DNA of 53,951 nucleotides from a virus (lineage: Duplodnaviria > Caudoviricetes): positions 1 through 53,951 of the IMG/VR virus record IMGVR_UViG_3300021339_000008; one strand, 5' to 3'. The notes under the pieces are model-generated. The model had not been told where the DNA came from. It saw only the letters and a program-made list of their open reading frames with translations, and made no database searches. A program made the position numbers and the translations under genes. Below are positions 1-7,491 of the stretch, piece by piece (the stretch's first letter is position 1; each line of letters opens with the position of its first letter).

Positions 1-9
1 CCCGCACGC

Positions 10-135
10 CCTGCCGCTGACGCTGATGGGCCGTCCGATCGTGTTCACCGAGAAGGCGGACACGCTCGGCACCGGCGGCGACCTGAACTTCGTCGACCTC
101 GGCTACTACCTGATCGGCGACCGGCAGCAGATCGA
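10..135 (+). repeat. 126-bp terminal direct repeat, copy 1 (circular assembly overlap)
   Basis: 10..135 is identical to 53826..53951; bases 1-9 do not match. Confidence 0.95.
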
Positions 136-292
136 GATCGCCACCAGCGAGCACATCAAGTTCAACCACGACACCACGGCCTACCGGGCCATCGAGCGCA
201 TCGACGGCCGCCCCGGCATGAAGACCGCCATCACCCCGCACAAGGGCGCCGACGCGCTGTCCCCGTTCGTCAGCCTCGCGACGCGGGCCTGA
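26..292 (+). CDS. Major capsid protein, C-terminal part (continues from 52765..53951)
   Basis: LMGRPIVFTEK...GDLNFVDLGYYLIGDRQ...RAIERIDGRP is an HK97-fold capsid C-terminus, in frame with the window end. Confidence 0.9.
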   Translation: MGRPIVFTEKADTLGTGGDLNFVDLGYYLIGDRQQIEIATSEHIKFNHDTTAYRAIERIDGRPGMKTAITPHKGADALSPFVSLATRA

Positions 293-299
293 TCAACCA

Positions 300-360
300 G
301 CGCGGGGTCGGCACTCAACCCCCGGCCCCGCGCCATCCCACTCGGCAGTGAAGCCCCGAG
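300..360 (+). other. Tandem RNA hairpins after the capsid gene with a shared 10-nt loop consensus
   Basis: GCGCGGGGTCGG-CACTCAACCC-CCGGCCCCGCGC (300..333) and CTCGG-CAGTGAAGCC-CCGAG (341..360). Confidence 0.6.
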
Positions 361-381
361 CGGAGAAACGGAGTACCGATC

Positions 382-807
382 ATGTCCGGACAGGAAGCCC
401 TCGGGCGCCTCATCAACCTGTGCCACACGGCCGACAACGTGTACGTCAACCTCGGCGACGCCGGCGCGGTCACGTTCATCTGCCAGCTCGACGCCGGCGA
501 CACGTTCACCGTCACCGAGGCGACCGCGCTGGGCGGCACCGGCGCGCAGGTGCTGACCACGGTCACCCAGTTCTACAAGGCGTCGAAGGCCGGCACCGGC
601 ACCTGGACCAAGGTCACCCAGGCCGCGGCGTCCACGGTGGTCACGTCCGACGCCGTCGTCGCGGTCTTCACGCTCCGCGGTGAGGAGCTGTCCGACGGCT
701 ACAGCTTCGTCAAGGTGGCGTCGACCTCGACGGGCACCGTCATGGCGGTGCTGCACGACCTGAAGACGCAGCGGACCCCCGCGAACCTGCCGGCGGTGTC
801 GGCATGA
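382..807 (+). CDS. Putative capsid decoration/virion protein
   Basis: Directly after the capsid gene, GGAG RBS, Thr/Ala/Val-rich beta-type sequence. Confidence 0.6.
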   Translation: MSGQEALGRLINLCHTADNVYVNLGDAGAVTFICQLDAGDTFTVTEATALGGTGAQVLTTVTQFYKASKAGTGTWTKVTQAAASTVVTSDAVVAVFTLRGEELSDGYSFVKVASTSTGTVMAVLHDLKTQRTPANLPAVSA

Positions 808-1283
808 GCGTCATCATCCAGGGCGACCAGGTCCGCACGATCCTGCTCGGCGTCCGCGTGCACCGGCCCACCGAGGCGCTGCCGGCCGACGCCGCCACCG
901 ACGCGCTGTTCACCATCGCCGGCGGCCGGGTCATCCTCACGTCGCTCGTGGGCCGGGTCACCACGGCGCTGCAGGCGCAGGCCAACGCGGTCAAGCTCAG
1001 CTACGACCCCACCGCCGCGGGCACCACGTTCGACCTGTGCACCGCGGTGGAGACCAACGGCGACGCGGTCGGCCAGACGTACTACATCGCCGGCGACGTC
1101 GGCACCCCCGGTGGCCTGCTCGTCGGCGGCGCCGTGGGCCAGGCCAACCCGGTGTTCCCCAAGCCGCTGCTGCTCGACGCGGGCTCGATCCTCGTCGACT
1201 GCGCGGACGGCGGCACCGGCTCCGTCGAGTGGACCGTGACGTACATCCCGTACGACAACGGCGCGTCGGTCGCGGCGGCCTGA
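804..1283 (+). CDS. Putative virion structural protein
   Basis: ATGA coupling, Gly/Thr-rich, head module position. Confidence 0.6.
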   Translation: MSVIIQGDQVRTILLGVRVHRPTEALPADAATDALFTIAGGRVILTSLVGRVTTALQAQANAVKLSYDPTAAGTTFDLCTAVETNGDAVGQTYYIAGDVGTPGGLLVGGAVGQANPVFPKPLLLDAGSILVDCADGGTGSVEWTVTYIPYDNGASVAAA

Positions 1284-1287
1284 CGCC

Positions 1288-1983
1288 GTGCTGTGGATCT
1301 GCAAGAGCGACGGGGTCGCCTACTCGGTCGGTGCGTCGCACTGCCCGCAGTGCGGCTGCACCGATTACGTCGAACAGGGATCGGAGGAACACGAAGCGAT
1401 GGCGAAGATCGCAAAGCAGGGTGGGCCGAGCGACGCGACCGCGTACCCGCCGGCCGACCTCGAAGAGGACACCAGCGGGGCGTACGAGGCGGCGCGTCAG
1501 CGGCACGCCGCCGGGCACGCGTCAGCTGCGGACCACGAGTTCCTGCTGACCCACAGGCCGCCGGTCGAGGACGACGCCGCCGGCCGCCGGGCGGCGTACG
1601 AGGCGGCACAGGAGCGGGACGCGCGCGGTGAGGCGACGCCCGCCGATGGCGAGCTGCTTCGCTCGTACGGCGCCGACGACGTGCCGTTCGGCGAGCGGGT
1701 CGACGAGGGCGACGGCGTCGAGAAGGTCGGCACCGAGCACGTGCTCGTCGGCGAGCACGGGCCGGAGCTCACCGACCTCGCTCCCGGCGCGATGGTCACG
1801 CCTAAGGCCGACGAGCCGGACTACGACAGCAAGGACGTGGACTGGCCGCGCGCGGAGTGCGCGGCCCGCGACCTGGCGACCGGCGGCACCCCGAAGCAGC
1901 TCGCCGCTCGGCTGCGGAAGGACGACGAGAAGAACGCGCGCCCGGCCGACGCCGAGGGCGTGGACGGGACCGAGCGGTCGTGA
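1288..1983 (+). CDS. Mosaic protein: N-terminal Cys cluster, AYEAA repeats, GEHGPE motif, C-terminal SAP-like domain
   Basis: CKSD..HCPQCGC; two xAYEAAxxRxAxGxAxxADxExL repeats; YDSKDVDWPRAECAARDLATGGTPKQLAARL resembles SAP. Confidence 0.6.
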   Translation: MLWICKSDGVAYSVGASHCPQCGCTDYVEQGSEEHEAMAKIAKQGGPSDATAYPPADLEEDTSGAYEAARQRHAAGHASAADHEFLLTHRPPVEDDAAGRRAAYEAAQERDARGEATPADGELLRSYGADDVPFGERVDEGDGVEKVGTEHVLVGEHGPELTDLAPGAMVTPKADEPDYDSKDVDWPRAECAARDLATGGTPKQLAARLRKDDEKNARPADAEGVDGTERS

Positions 1984-2234
1984 AGCCGACAACCGGCCGC
2001 ATCCTGCGGTACCGCGGCAAGCAGGGTTTCCAGGCCATGCGCGCGGCGATTGTCACTGCCGACGTCGACACCCTCGACCCGCGCGGTGTCGAGTCCGGCA
2101 CGGTGCCGGCGCTCGACGACGACGAGCACGTGCACCTGTGGGTGTTCACGCCTGGCGAGTCGGGCGGGTTCGCGGAGTTCAACGTGGGTCCGGGCGATGG
2201 TCCCGGCGAGTGGTCCTGGCCGCCGAGGTCCTGA
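1980..2234 (+). CDS. Conserved phage hypothetical protein (MKPTxGRI...WSWPPR type)
   Basis: GTGA coupling; recognisable small phage protein pattern. Confidence 0.65.
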   Translation: MKPTTGRILRYRGKQGFQAMRAAIVTADVDTLDPRGVESGTVPALDDDEHVHLWVFTPGESGGFAEFNVGPGDGPGEWSWPPRS

Positions 2235-2237
2235 CCG

Positions 2238-2399
2238 ATGTCGTGGGAGCAGCTGCGGGACATCTTGCGGGAGGCCGCCGACCTGGCGACAGAAGCGGCG
2301 GCCTCCCCGCCCGTGGCCTGCCCCCACTGCGGTGAACCGCTGGAGACCGGACCGAACGGTGTCCTGCACTGCAAGTTCGACGGTTGGACAAACAACTAA
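2238..2399 (+). CDS. Small Zn-finger-like protein (53 aa)
   Basis: MSWEQLRDILREA...PVACPHCGEPL...LHCKFDGW; read directly from the sequence, below the ORF-track cutoff. Confidence 0.7.
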   Translation: MSWEQLRDILREAADLATEAAASPPVACPHCGEPLETGPNGVLHCKFDGWTNN

Positions 2400-2463
2400 A
2401 TAGCAATTCCAGTCCACGACCTGTCGCTATTCAGCGGCTGGGCCCGAAAGCAAGGCAAAGGTA

Positions 2464-3501
2464 ATGGGCGTCAAATACACCTCGCGGGAGGCGGTGAAGG
2501 CCGCCACCGACCAGGCCGAGACCGCGCGTTCGAACGCGAGGGTCGACGCCGCCATCGAGTCCGCGTCACGGACGATCGAGCGCAAGATGCACCGCCGGTT
2601 CTATCCGTGGACCGGCACCCGCACCCTCGACTGGCCGCCGGACCAGCGGTCCCGGTCGCACGTGCTGTGGCTCGGCGAGGACGAACTGCTGTCCGTGAGC
2701 GCGCTGACCGCCGGTGGTGTCACGATCCCGCCCGGCGACTTCTTCCCGCGGCCGGACAACGCCACCCCGTACGACCGGCTGGAGATCAACCTCGCGGGCG
2801 GGTCCGCGTTCGGGGCGGGTGACACCTCGCAGCGGGCGGTGTCCATCGCGGGCGTCTTCGGCTACTGCGACGACACTGTGGCCGCCGGCGCCCTGGCCGA
2901 GGGACTGGACGTGTCGGAGACCGCGGTCGACGTGACCGACAGCGCGGCCGTCGGCGTCGGTGACCTGCTGCTGGTGGGCACCGAGCGGATGATCGTCACC
3001 GGCAAGACCATGCTGTCGACCGGGCAGACGCTGCAGGCGCCGCTCACCGCCGACGTCCGCGCCCAGACGGTGGCCGTCACCACCGGCTCGGCCTACGCCG
3101 CCGGGGAGACGCTCCTCGTCGACGCCGAGCGGATGCTCGTGGTGGACATCGCGGGCAATAACCTGATCGTGCAGCGCGCGCACGACGGCAGCACGCTGGC
3201 CGTGCACACCGGGTCCACGATCTACGCCCCTCGCACCCTGACCGTCGAACGCCACGCCGTCGGCACCACCGCGGTCGAACACAACACCGCGGCCGCGGTG
3301 CGCCGGCACACCCCGCCGGGCCCGATCGCGACGCTCGCCCTGGCGATCGCCGTCAGCGACCTGCAGCAGCAGGCCGCCGGGTACGCCCGCACCAGCGGCT
3401 CCGGCGACAACCAGCGCGAGACCGCCGGCAAGGGCGTGGCCGACGCCTGGCGCAACGCTGACCCCTACCGCCGCAAGGCACGCGGGCCGTGGGCCGTATG
3501 A
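2464..3501 (+). CDS. Head-to-tail adaptor protein with inserted beta-rich repeats
   Basis: YTSREAVK...AIESASRTIERKMHRRFYP adaptor-like N-terminus; two xxGxxLLVxxERMxV repeats; position. Confidence 0.7.
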   Translation: MGVKYTSREAVKAATDQAETARSNARVDAAIESASRTIERKMHRRFYPWTGTRTLDWPPDQRSRSHVLWLGEDELLSVSALTAGGVTIPPGDFFPRPDNATPYDRLEINLAGGSAFGAGDTSQRAVSIAGVFGYCDDTVAAGALAEGLDVSETAVDVTDSAAVGVGDLLLVGTERMIVTGKTMLSTGQTLQAPLTADVRAQTVAVTTGSAYAAGETLLVDAERMLVVDIAGNNLIVQRAHDGSTLAVHTGSTIYAPRTLTVERHAVGTTAVEHNTAAAVRRHTPPGPIATLALAIAVSDLQQQAAGYARTSGSGDNQRETAGKGVADAWRNADPYRRKARGPWAV

Positions 3502-3887
3502 GCGTCATCGAGATCGACATCAACGGGCCCCTGTTCGACGGCCGCGCCCTGGTCGCCGTCGAGGACTTCCTCGACGAGGCCAAGGACGAGGTCGCCGCGC
3601 AGGGCCTGGCCGAGGTGCACCTCATCCTCGACCGCTCCATCCGTCAGCCGACCCCGTACTACGAGACCCAGGTCCACGTCAGCAACGTGGGCACCGACCG
3701 GGTCATCAGCGACCGGGATGTGATCTACGGGCCGTGGCTGGAAGGTGTCGGGTCACGGAACGCGACCACTCGGTTCAAGGGGTACTTCGCGTTCCGGATC
3801 GCCCACCAGCAGCTGGAGCAGCAGGCCGGTCCGCTCGCCGAGCGGGTGCTGCCGCCTTACCTGCGGCGCATGGGCGGTGACGGCTGA
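3498..3887 (+). CDS. HK97 gp10-like neck/tail completion protein
   Basis: VIYGPWLEGVGSRN..TRFKGY motif; position. Confidence 0.6.
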   Translation: MSVIEIDINGPLFDGRALVAVEDFLDEAKDEVAAQGLAEVHLILDRSIRQPTPYYETQVHVSNVGTDRVISDRDVIYGPWLEGVGSRNATTRFKGYFAFRIAHQQLEQQAGPLAERVLPPYLRRMGGDG

Positions 3888-5116
3888 TGGCCCACGGATG
3901 GAGCGGCGCCGACCCGGCCGAGGTGACCGACGGGTCGGACTACGAACTCGGCACGGAGCAGCTCGCCAACCAGGACCTGACGATCACCCACGTCCGGGTG
4001 TGGACCGGCGCCGGTGAGGTCGCCATCGGCAACCGCCGCGGCCGGATCTGGTCCACAGCCGGTGCACAGCTGGGGATAGCCACCCTCCCGGACGACCTCA
4101 CGACAGGCTGGTCCGAGCACGAGCTCGACGCGCCCGTGCCGCGTACAGCCGGTCAGAGCTGGGTGGTGTCGTACTCGACCGGCGGCAACTACGGCGCTTT
4201 GCCGAACGCCCTCGACAGCGTGGTGATGTCGGTGGACGTGGCGGTTGCCTCGGCGGCCGGCGCCGATGGTGTCCACGGCAATGGGTCGTTCAACGGCTCA
4301 CCCGGGCAGTTCCCGACGAACCCCAGCTTCAACAACGCGTTCTACGGCGTCGACGTCGTCTACGACCTGGGCATCGAGGGCAACACCGCGCCGACGATCA
4401 CCCAGCTGACCGCCACCGCGTCGGGGGCGGTGGTCACGGCGGTGGTGGTGGCCACCGACGACCAGACCCTCGTGGGAGCGTCGTACCGGTACGAGTGGGG
4501 CGACGGCACTGACAGCACGTCCGCGTCGACGACCGCGCAGCACACGTACGCCGCGTCGGGGACGTACGCGGTGATGGTGTCGGTGACCGACTCCGGCGGC
4601 CTGTCCGACCACGCGGCCGTGCCGGTGCTCGTCGTGGTGCCCGCCGGGGACCTGATGGCGTTCAGCACGCGGGACATCATCGACACCGTCCGGTCGCACG
4701 CCATGGCGTCGGGCCACTTCGAGCGCACTGCCGGGCATGAGCCGAAGTCGAAGCCCGGCGCGGGCCTGACGTGCGCGGTGTGGGTGCAGCGTGGACCGGC
4801 GCCGGCGGTCCGGTCGTCGGGGCTGGCCGCCACCAGCGCGCGGCTGGTTCTGAGCGTCCGGATCTACAAGAACATGATCAGCGACCCGCAGGACGAGATC
4901 GACCCCGAGATCGTCGCCCTGGTGGACGTCCTGATGGGCGCCTACAACGGCGACTTCACCCTCGGCGGCCTCGTCTCCGAGGTCGACATCCTCGGGATGC
5001 ACGGCATCCCGCTGGACGCGGTGGCCGGCTACCTCCAGCAGGACGGCGCGATCTTCCGCGTCATGACCATCACCCTGCCCGTGATCATCGAGAACGCCTG
5101 GGAGCAGGTCGCATGA
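3887..5116 (+). CDS. DUF4082-like + PKD domain + tail terminator fusion
   Basis: YELG..ITHVRVW..GWSE..PV..VVSY..NG..FP..FYGVDVVY (DUF4082-like); YEWGDG..HTYAASGTY.V.V.VTD (PKD); HAMASGHF..GHEPKSKPG..AYNGDFTLGG (actinophage terminator). Confidence 0.75.
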   Translation: MAHGWSGADPAEVTDGSDYELGTEQLANQDLTITHVRVWTGAGEVAIGNRRGRIWSTAGAQLGIATLPDDLTTGWSEHELDAPVPRTAGQSWVVSYSTGGNYGALPNALDSVVMSVDVAVASAAGADGVHGNGSFNGSPGQFPTNPSFNNAFYGVDVVYDLGIEGNTAPTITQLTATASGAVVTAVVVATDDQTLVGASYRYEWGDGTDSTSASTTAQHTYAASGTYAVMVSVTDSGGLSDHAAVPVLVVVPAGDLMAFSTRDIIDTVRSHAMASGHFERTAGHEPKSKPGAGLTCAVWVQRGPAPAVRSSGLAATSARLVLSVRIYKNMISDPQDEIDPEIVALVDVLMGAYNGDFTLGGLVSEVDILGMHGIPLDAVAGYLQQDGAIFRVMTITLPVIIENAWEQVA

Positions 5117-5430
5117 ACAGCACCAACGATGACGCCCCCGTGGTCACCGTGACGCCGACGATCTGCGACGGCACCGTGGTCCGCTGGCACCGCGACGTCA
5201 ACGCCGCAGCGAACCACCGCACGGTCGTGTCGGCCAGCCGCAACGGGGTGTCGATCCACACCGAGTACCTGCACGAGGTCCCGGCCGACTGGCTCACCGC
5301 AGCGAACGCGGCGTACGAGCAGCTGCGGCGGAACCGCAACGCCGACGTCGGGCACCTGGCGACGCACCGCAACAGCATCGTCCGCAACGGACCGCTGGTG
5401 CCCGTCGAGCGGGAGGCCGACCATGGCTAA
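5113..5430 (+). CDS. Hypothetical protein inserted in the tail operon
   Basis: ATGA coupling upstream and 8-nt overlap with the next gene; 105 aa. Confidence 0.6.
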   Translation: MNSTNDDAPVVTVTPTICDGTVVRWHRDVNAAANHRTVVSASRNGVSIHTEYLHEVPADWLTAANAAYEQLRRNRNADVGHLATHRNSIVRNGPLVPVEREADHG

Positions 5431-6181
5431 GCAGTCCGGCCTCGGTGACCGCCTTTTCTACGCCGGGTACGACGTGTCCGGCGACATCGGCTCGCTGTCG
5501 CGGATCGGCGGCGGCCCGGCCGCGATGGACGTCACCGACATCACCCAGTCCGGGTTCGGCCGCATCGGCGGCAAGTTCGACGCCGCGATCGAGTTCAGCG
5601 CCTACTTCAACCCGGACAACGACCGCGCGCACGACCGGTTCTCCCTACTCCCCACCGGGCACCAGGCCCTGACGTACTGCCGCGGCACCACGCTGGGCGG
5701 CTCCGGTGCTGGGCTGCGCGCCAAGCAACTCGGCTACGACCCCACCCGCGCGCAAGACGGCGGGTTCACCTTCAACGTCGCCGCCGCGGCATCCGACGGC
5801 ACCGGCCTGGAATGGGGCCGGCAGCTCACCGCCGGGACCCGCACCGACACCGGTGCCACCACGGGCAGCAGCGTCGACCTCGGGTCAGCCTCACCGGGCG
5901 CGTTCGGCCTGGTCGCCTACCTGCAGGTGTTCGCGTTCACCGGCACCGACGCCACCATCAAGATCCAGGCGTCGTCCGACAACGCGGTCGGCGACCCGTT
6001 CGCCGACGTGGTCGGCGGCGGCTTCACCCAGATCACGGCCGGCCGGACGGCGCAGCGGATCGCCACCGCGGCGATCGCCATCGAGCGCTACCTGCGGGTC
6101 ATCACCATCACCACCGGCGGGTTCTCGTCGCTGGCGTTCTCGGTGGTGGCCATCCGGTACGACACCGAGATGGAGTTCTGA
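5423..6181 (+). CDS. Tail tube-like protein 1 with C-terminal extra domain
   Basis: MAKQSGLG..DVTDITQS..TRAQDGGFTF; paralogous to 6644..7051. Confidence 0.65.
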   Translation: MAKQSGLGDRLFYAGYDVSGDIGSLSRIGGGPAAMDVTDITQSGFGRIGGKFDAAIEFSAYFNPDNDRAHDRFSLLPTGHQALTYCRGTTLGGSGAGLRAKQLGYDPTRAQDGGFTFNVAAAASDGTGLEWGRQLTAGTRTDTGATTGSSVDLGSASPGAFGLVAYLQVFAFTGTDATIKIQASSDNAVGDPFADVVGGGFTQITAGRTAQRIATAAIAIERYLRVITITTGGFSSLAFSVVAIRYDTEMEF

Positions 6182-6630
6182 TGCGGCCCCTGACGCGGGC
6201 CGACCGGCTGTTGCTGCCCGCGGCGGCGTACCGGACGTACGGCATCGCGGCGCCGGCCGACACCCACCACCGCCCGGCGACGTGCGCCGAGGTGGACTGC
6301 GCGGCGCACCTGCACGGGTGGGTGACGACGGTGGACGAGGCCACGGACCTGGGGCAGCGGCAGGCGCATCACATTCGGTCGGCCGCCGGGCGGGGCTACC
6401 GCGAGGAACGCACGGCGGCGGGTCTGACCGCGTTCACGTTCCCGCCCGGTCAGCGGTGCTTCCGCCAGCACCGGACCCGGGTCGATCGGCCGGAGCTGTT
6501 CTACGTCCGCGGCGGCGACTGGCGCGGCAACCCGACCGGCGAGACGTACCAGCACACCCGACCGGCTGACTGGGTCGACGACTTCGCCACTCATCAGGAC
6601 CGGCTCGCGACACAGCAGCAACGCGGATAG
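6181..6630 (+). CDS. Conserved tail-region hypothetical protein (Cys/His motifs)
   Basis: TGATG coupling; ATCAEVDC..GW.T..GQRCF..H..GGDWRGNP. Confidence 0.7.
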   Translation: MRPLTRADRLLLPAAAYRTYGIAAPADTHHRPATCAEVDCAAHLHGWVTTVDEATDLGQRQAHHIRSAAGRGYREERTAAGLTAFTFPPGQRCFRQHRTRVDRPELFYVRGGDWRGNPTGETYQHTRPADWVDDFATHQDRLATQQQRG

Positions 6631-6643
6631 GAGAGGCAACGCA

Positions 6644-7051
6644 ATGGCCAAGGAGAACGGACTGGGCTGGACCACATTCTCGGTGGACACCAGCGCCGGT
6701 GCAGCGAAGGCAATCAAGAACGACATCACGAACTTCCAGTTCGCCACCCCACGGGCGGTACAGGACGTCACCGGCGTGGACAAGTCGGCAATGGAGCGAC
6801 TGCTCCTGCTGGCCGACTTCTCCGTCACCCCGAACGGGGTGTTCAACGACGAGACCGACTTCTCCCACGACGTGTTCAAGACCGTCCCGTCGACCTCGGT
6901 GGCGCGGACCGTGACCCTCACCGTGTCCGGGCAGACCCTCGCGAACGAGTGCCTGTTCACGGACTACGCGCTCACCCGAGCCCAGGACGGCTCCTTCACC
7001 TGGACAGCACCGGGTGTGCTGGCCAACGGCACGGTGCCCACGTGGGCGTGA
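6644..7051 (+). CDS. Major tail (tube) protein 2
   Basis: Strong RBS; MAKENGLG..DVTGVDKS..TRAQDGSFTW; precedes the chaperone and tape measure. Confidence 0.7.
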   Translation: MAKENGLGWTTFSVDTSAGAAKAIKNDITNFQFATPRAVQDVTGVDKSAMERLLLLADFSVTPNGVFNDETDFSHDVFKTVPSTSVARTVTLTVSGQTLANECLFTDYALTRAQDGSFTWTAPGVLANGTVPTWA

Positions 7052-7488
7052 CCGACGACACCCCGGCCGGGGTTCGGCTGCCGCGCACGGTGTTCGTGCT
7101 GCGCTTCGACGACGGCGACCTCGCCGGGCAGGTCGTGCGGGCCCGGTCGACGAGCGCCGGCGGCGAGGTGGACATCGCGATGGCCGGGGAACGACCGCCC
7201 ACCGACACGGTGCTGACCGGCAGTGAGCAGGCGGACCGGGTGTACCGACTGTTCCGGGCGTTCGCCCGGTCGCTGCTGTCGTGGACCCTGCTGGACGACG
7301 AAACCGGCGACCCGGTGCCGGCCACCTTCGAGGGTCTGCTGTCGCTGGACTTCGGCCACGCCACCCACATCACGTACGCCTGGCTCGACGCGGTCGGCGC
7401 CGCAGCACATGCCGACGAGGACCGGGCCGCCACCGAGGCCGAACTGCAGCTGCCTGTCGAGGCCCTCACCGGCGTGGCGCTGGGCTGA
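7048..7488 (+). CDS. Tail assembly chaperone
   Basis: GTGA coupling; LLSWTL.DETGDPVPATFEG motif; immediately upstream of the tape measure. Confidence 0.7.
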   Translation: MTDDTPAGVRLPRTVFVLRFDDGDLAGQVVRARSTSAGGEVDIAMAGERPPTDTVLTGSEQADRVYRLFRAFARSLLSWTLLDDETGDPVPATFEGLLSLDFGHATHITYAWLDAVGAAAHADEDRAATEAELQLPVEALTGVALG

Positions 7489-7491
7489 CCC

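Noticed and set aside
1-135. Terminal repeat as a biological DTR or att site
   Set aside because: It falls mid-capsid gene and its 126-bp length fits an assembler k-mer overlap; bases 1-9 look like end noise
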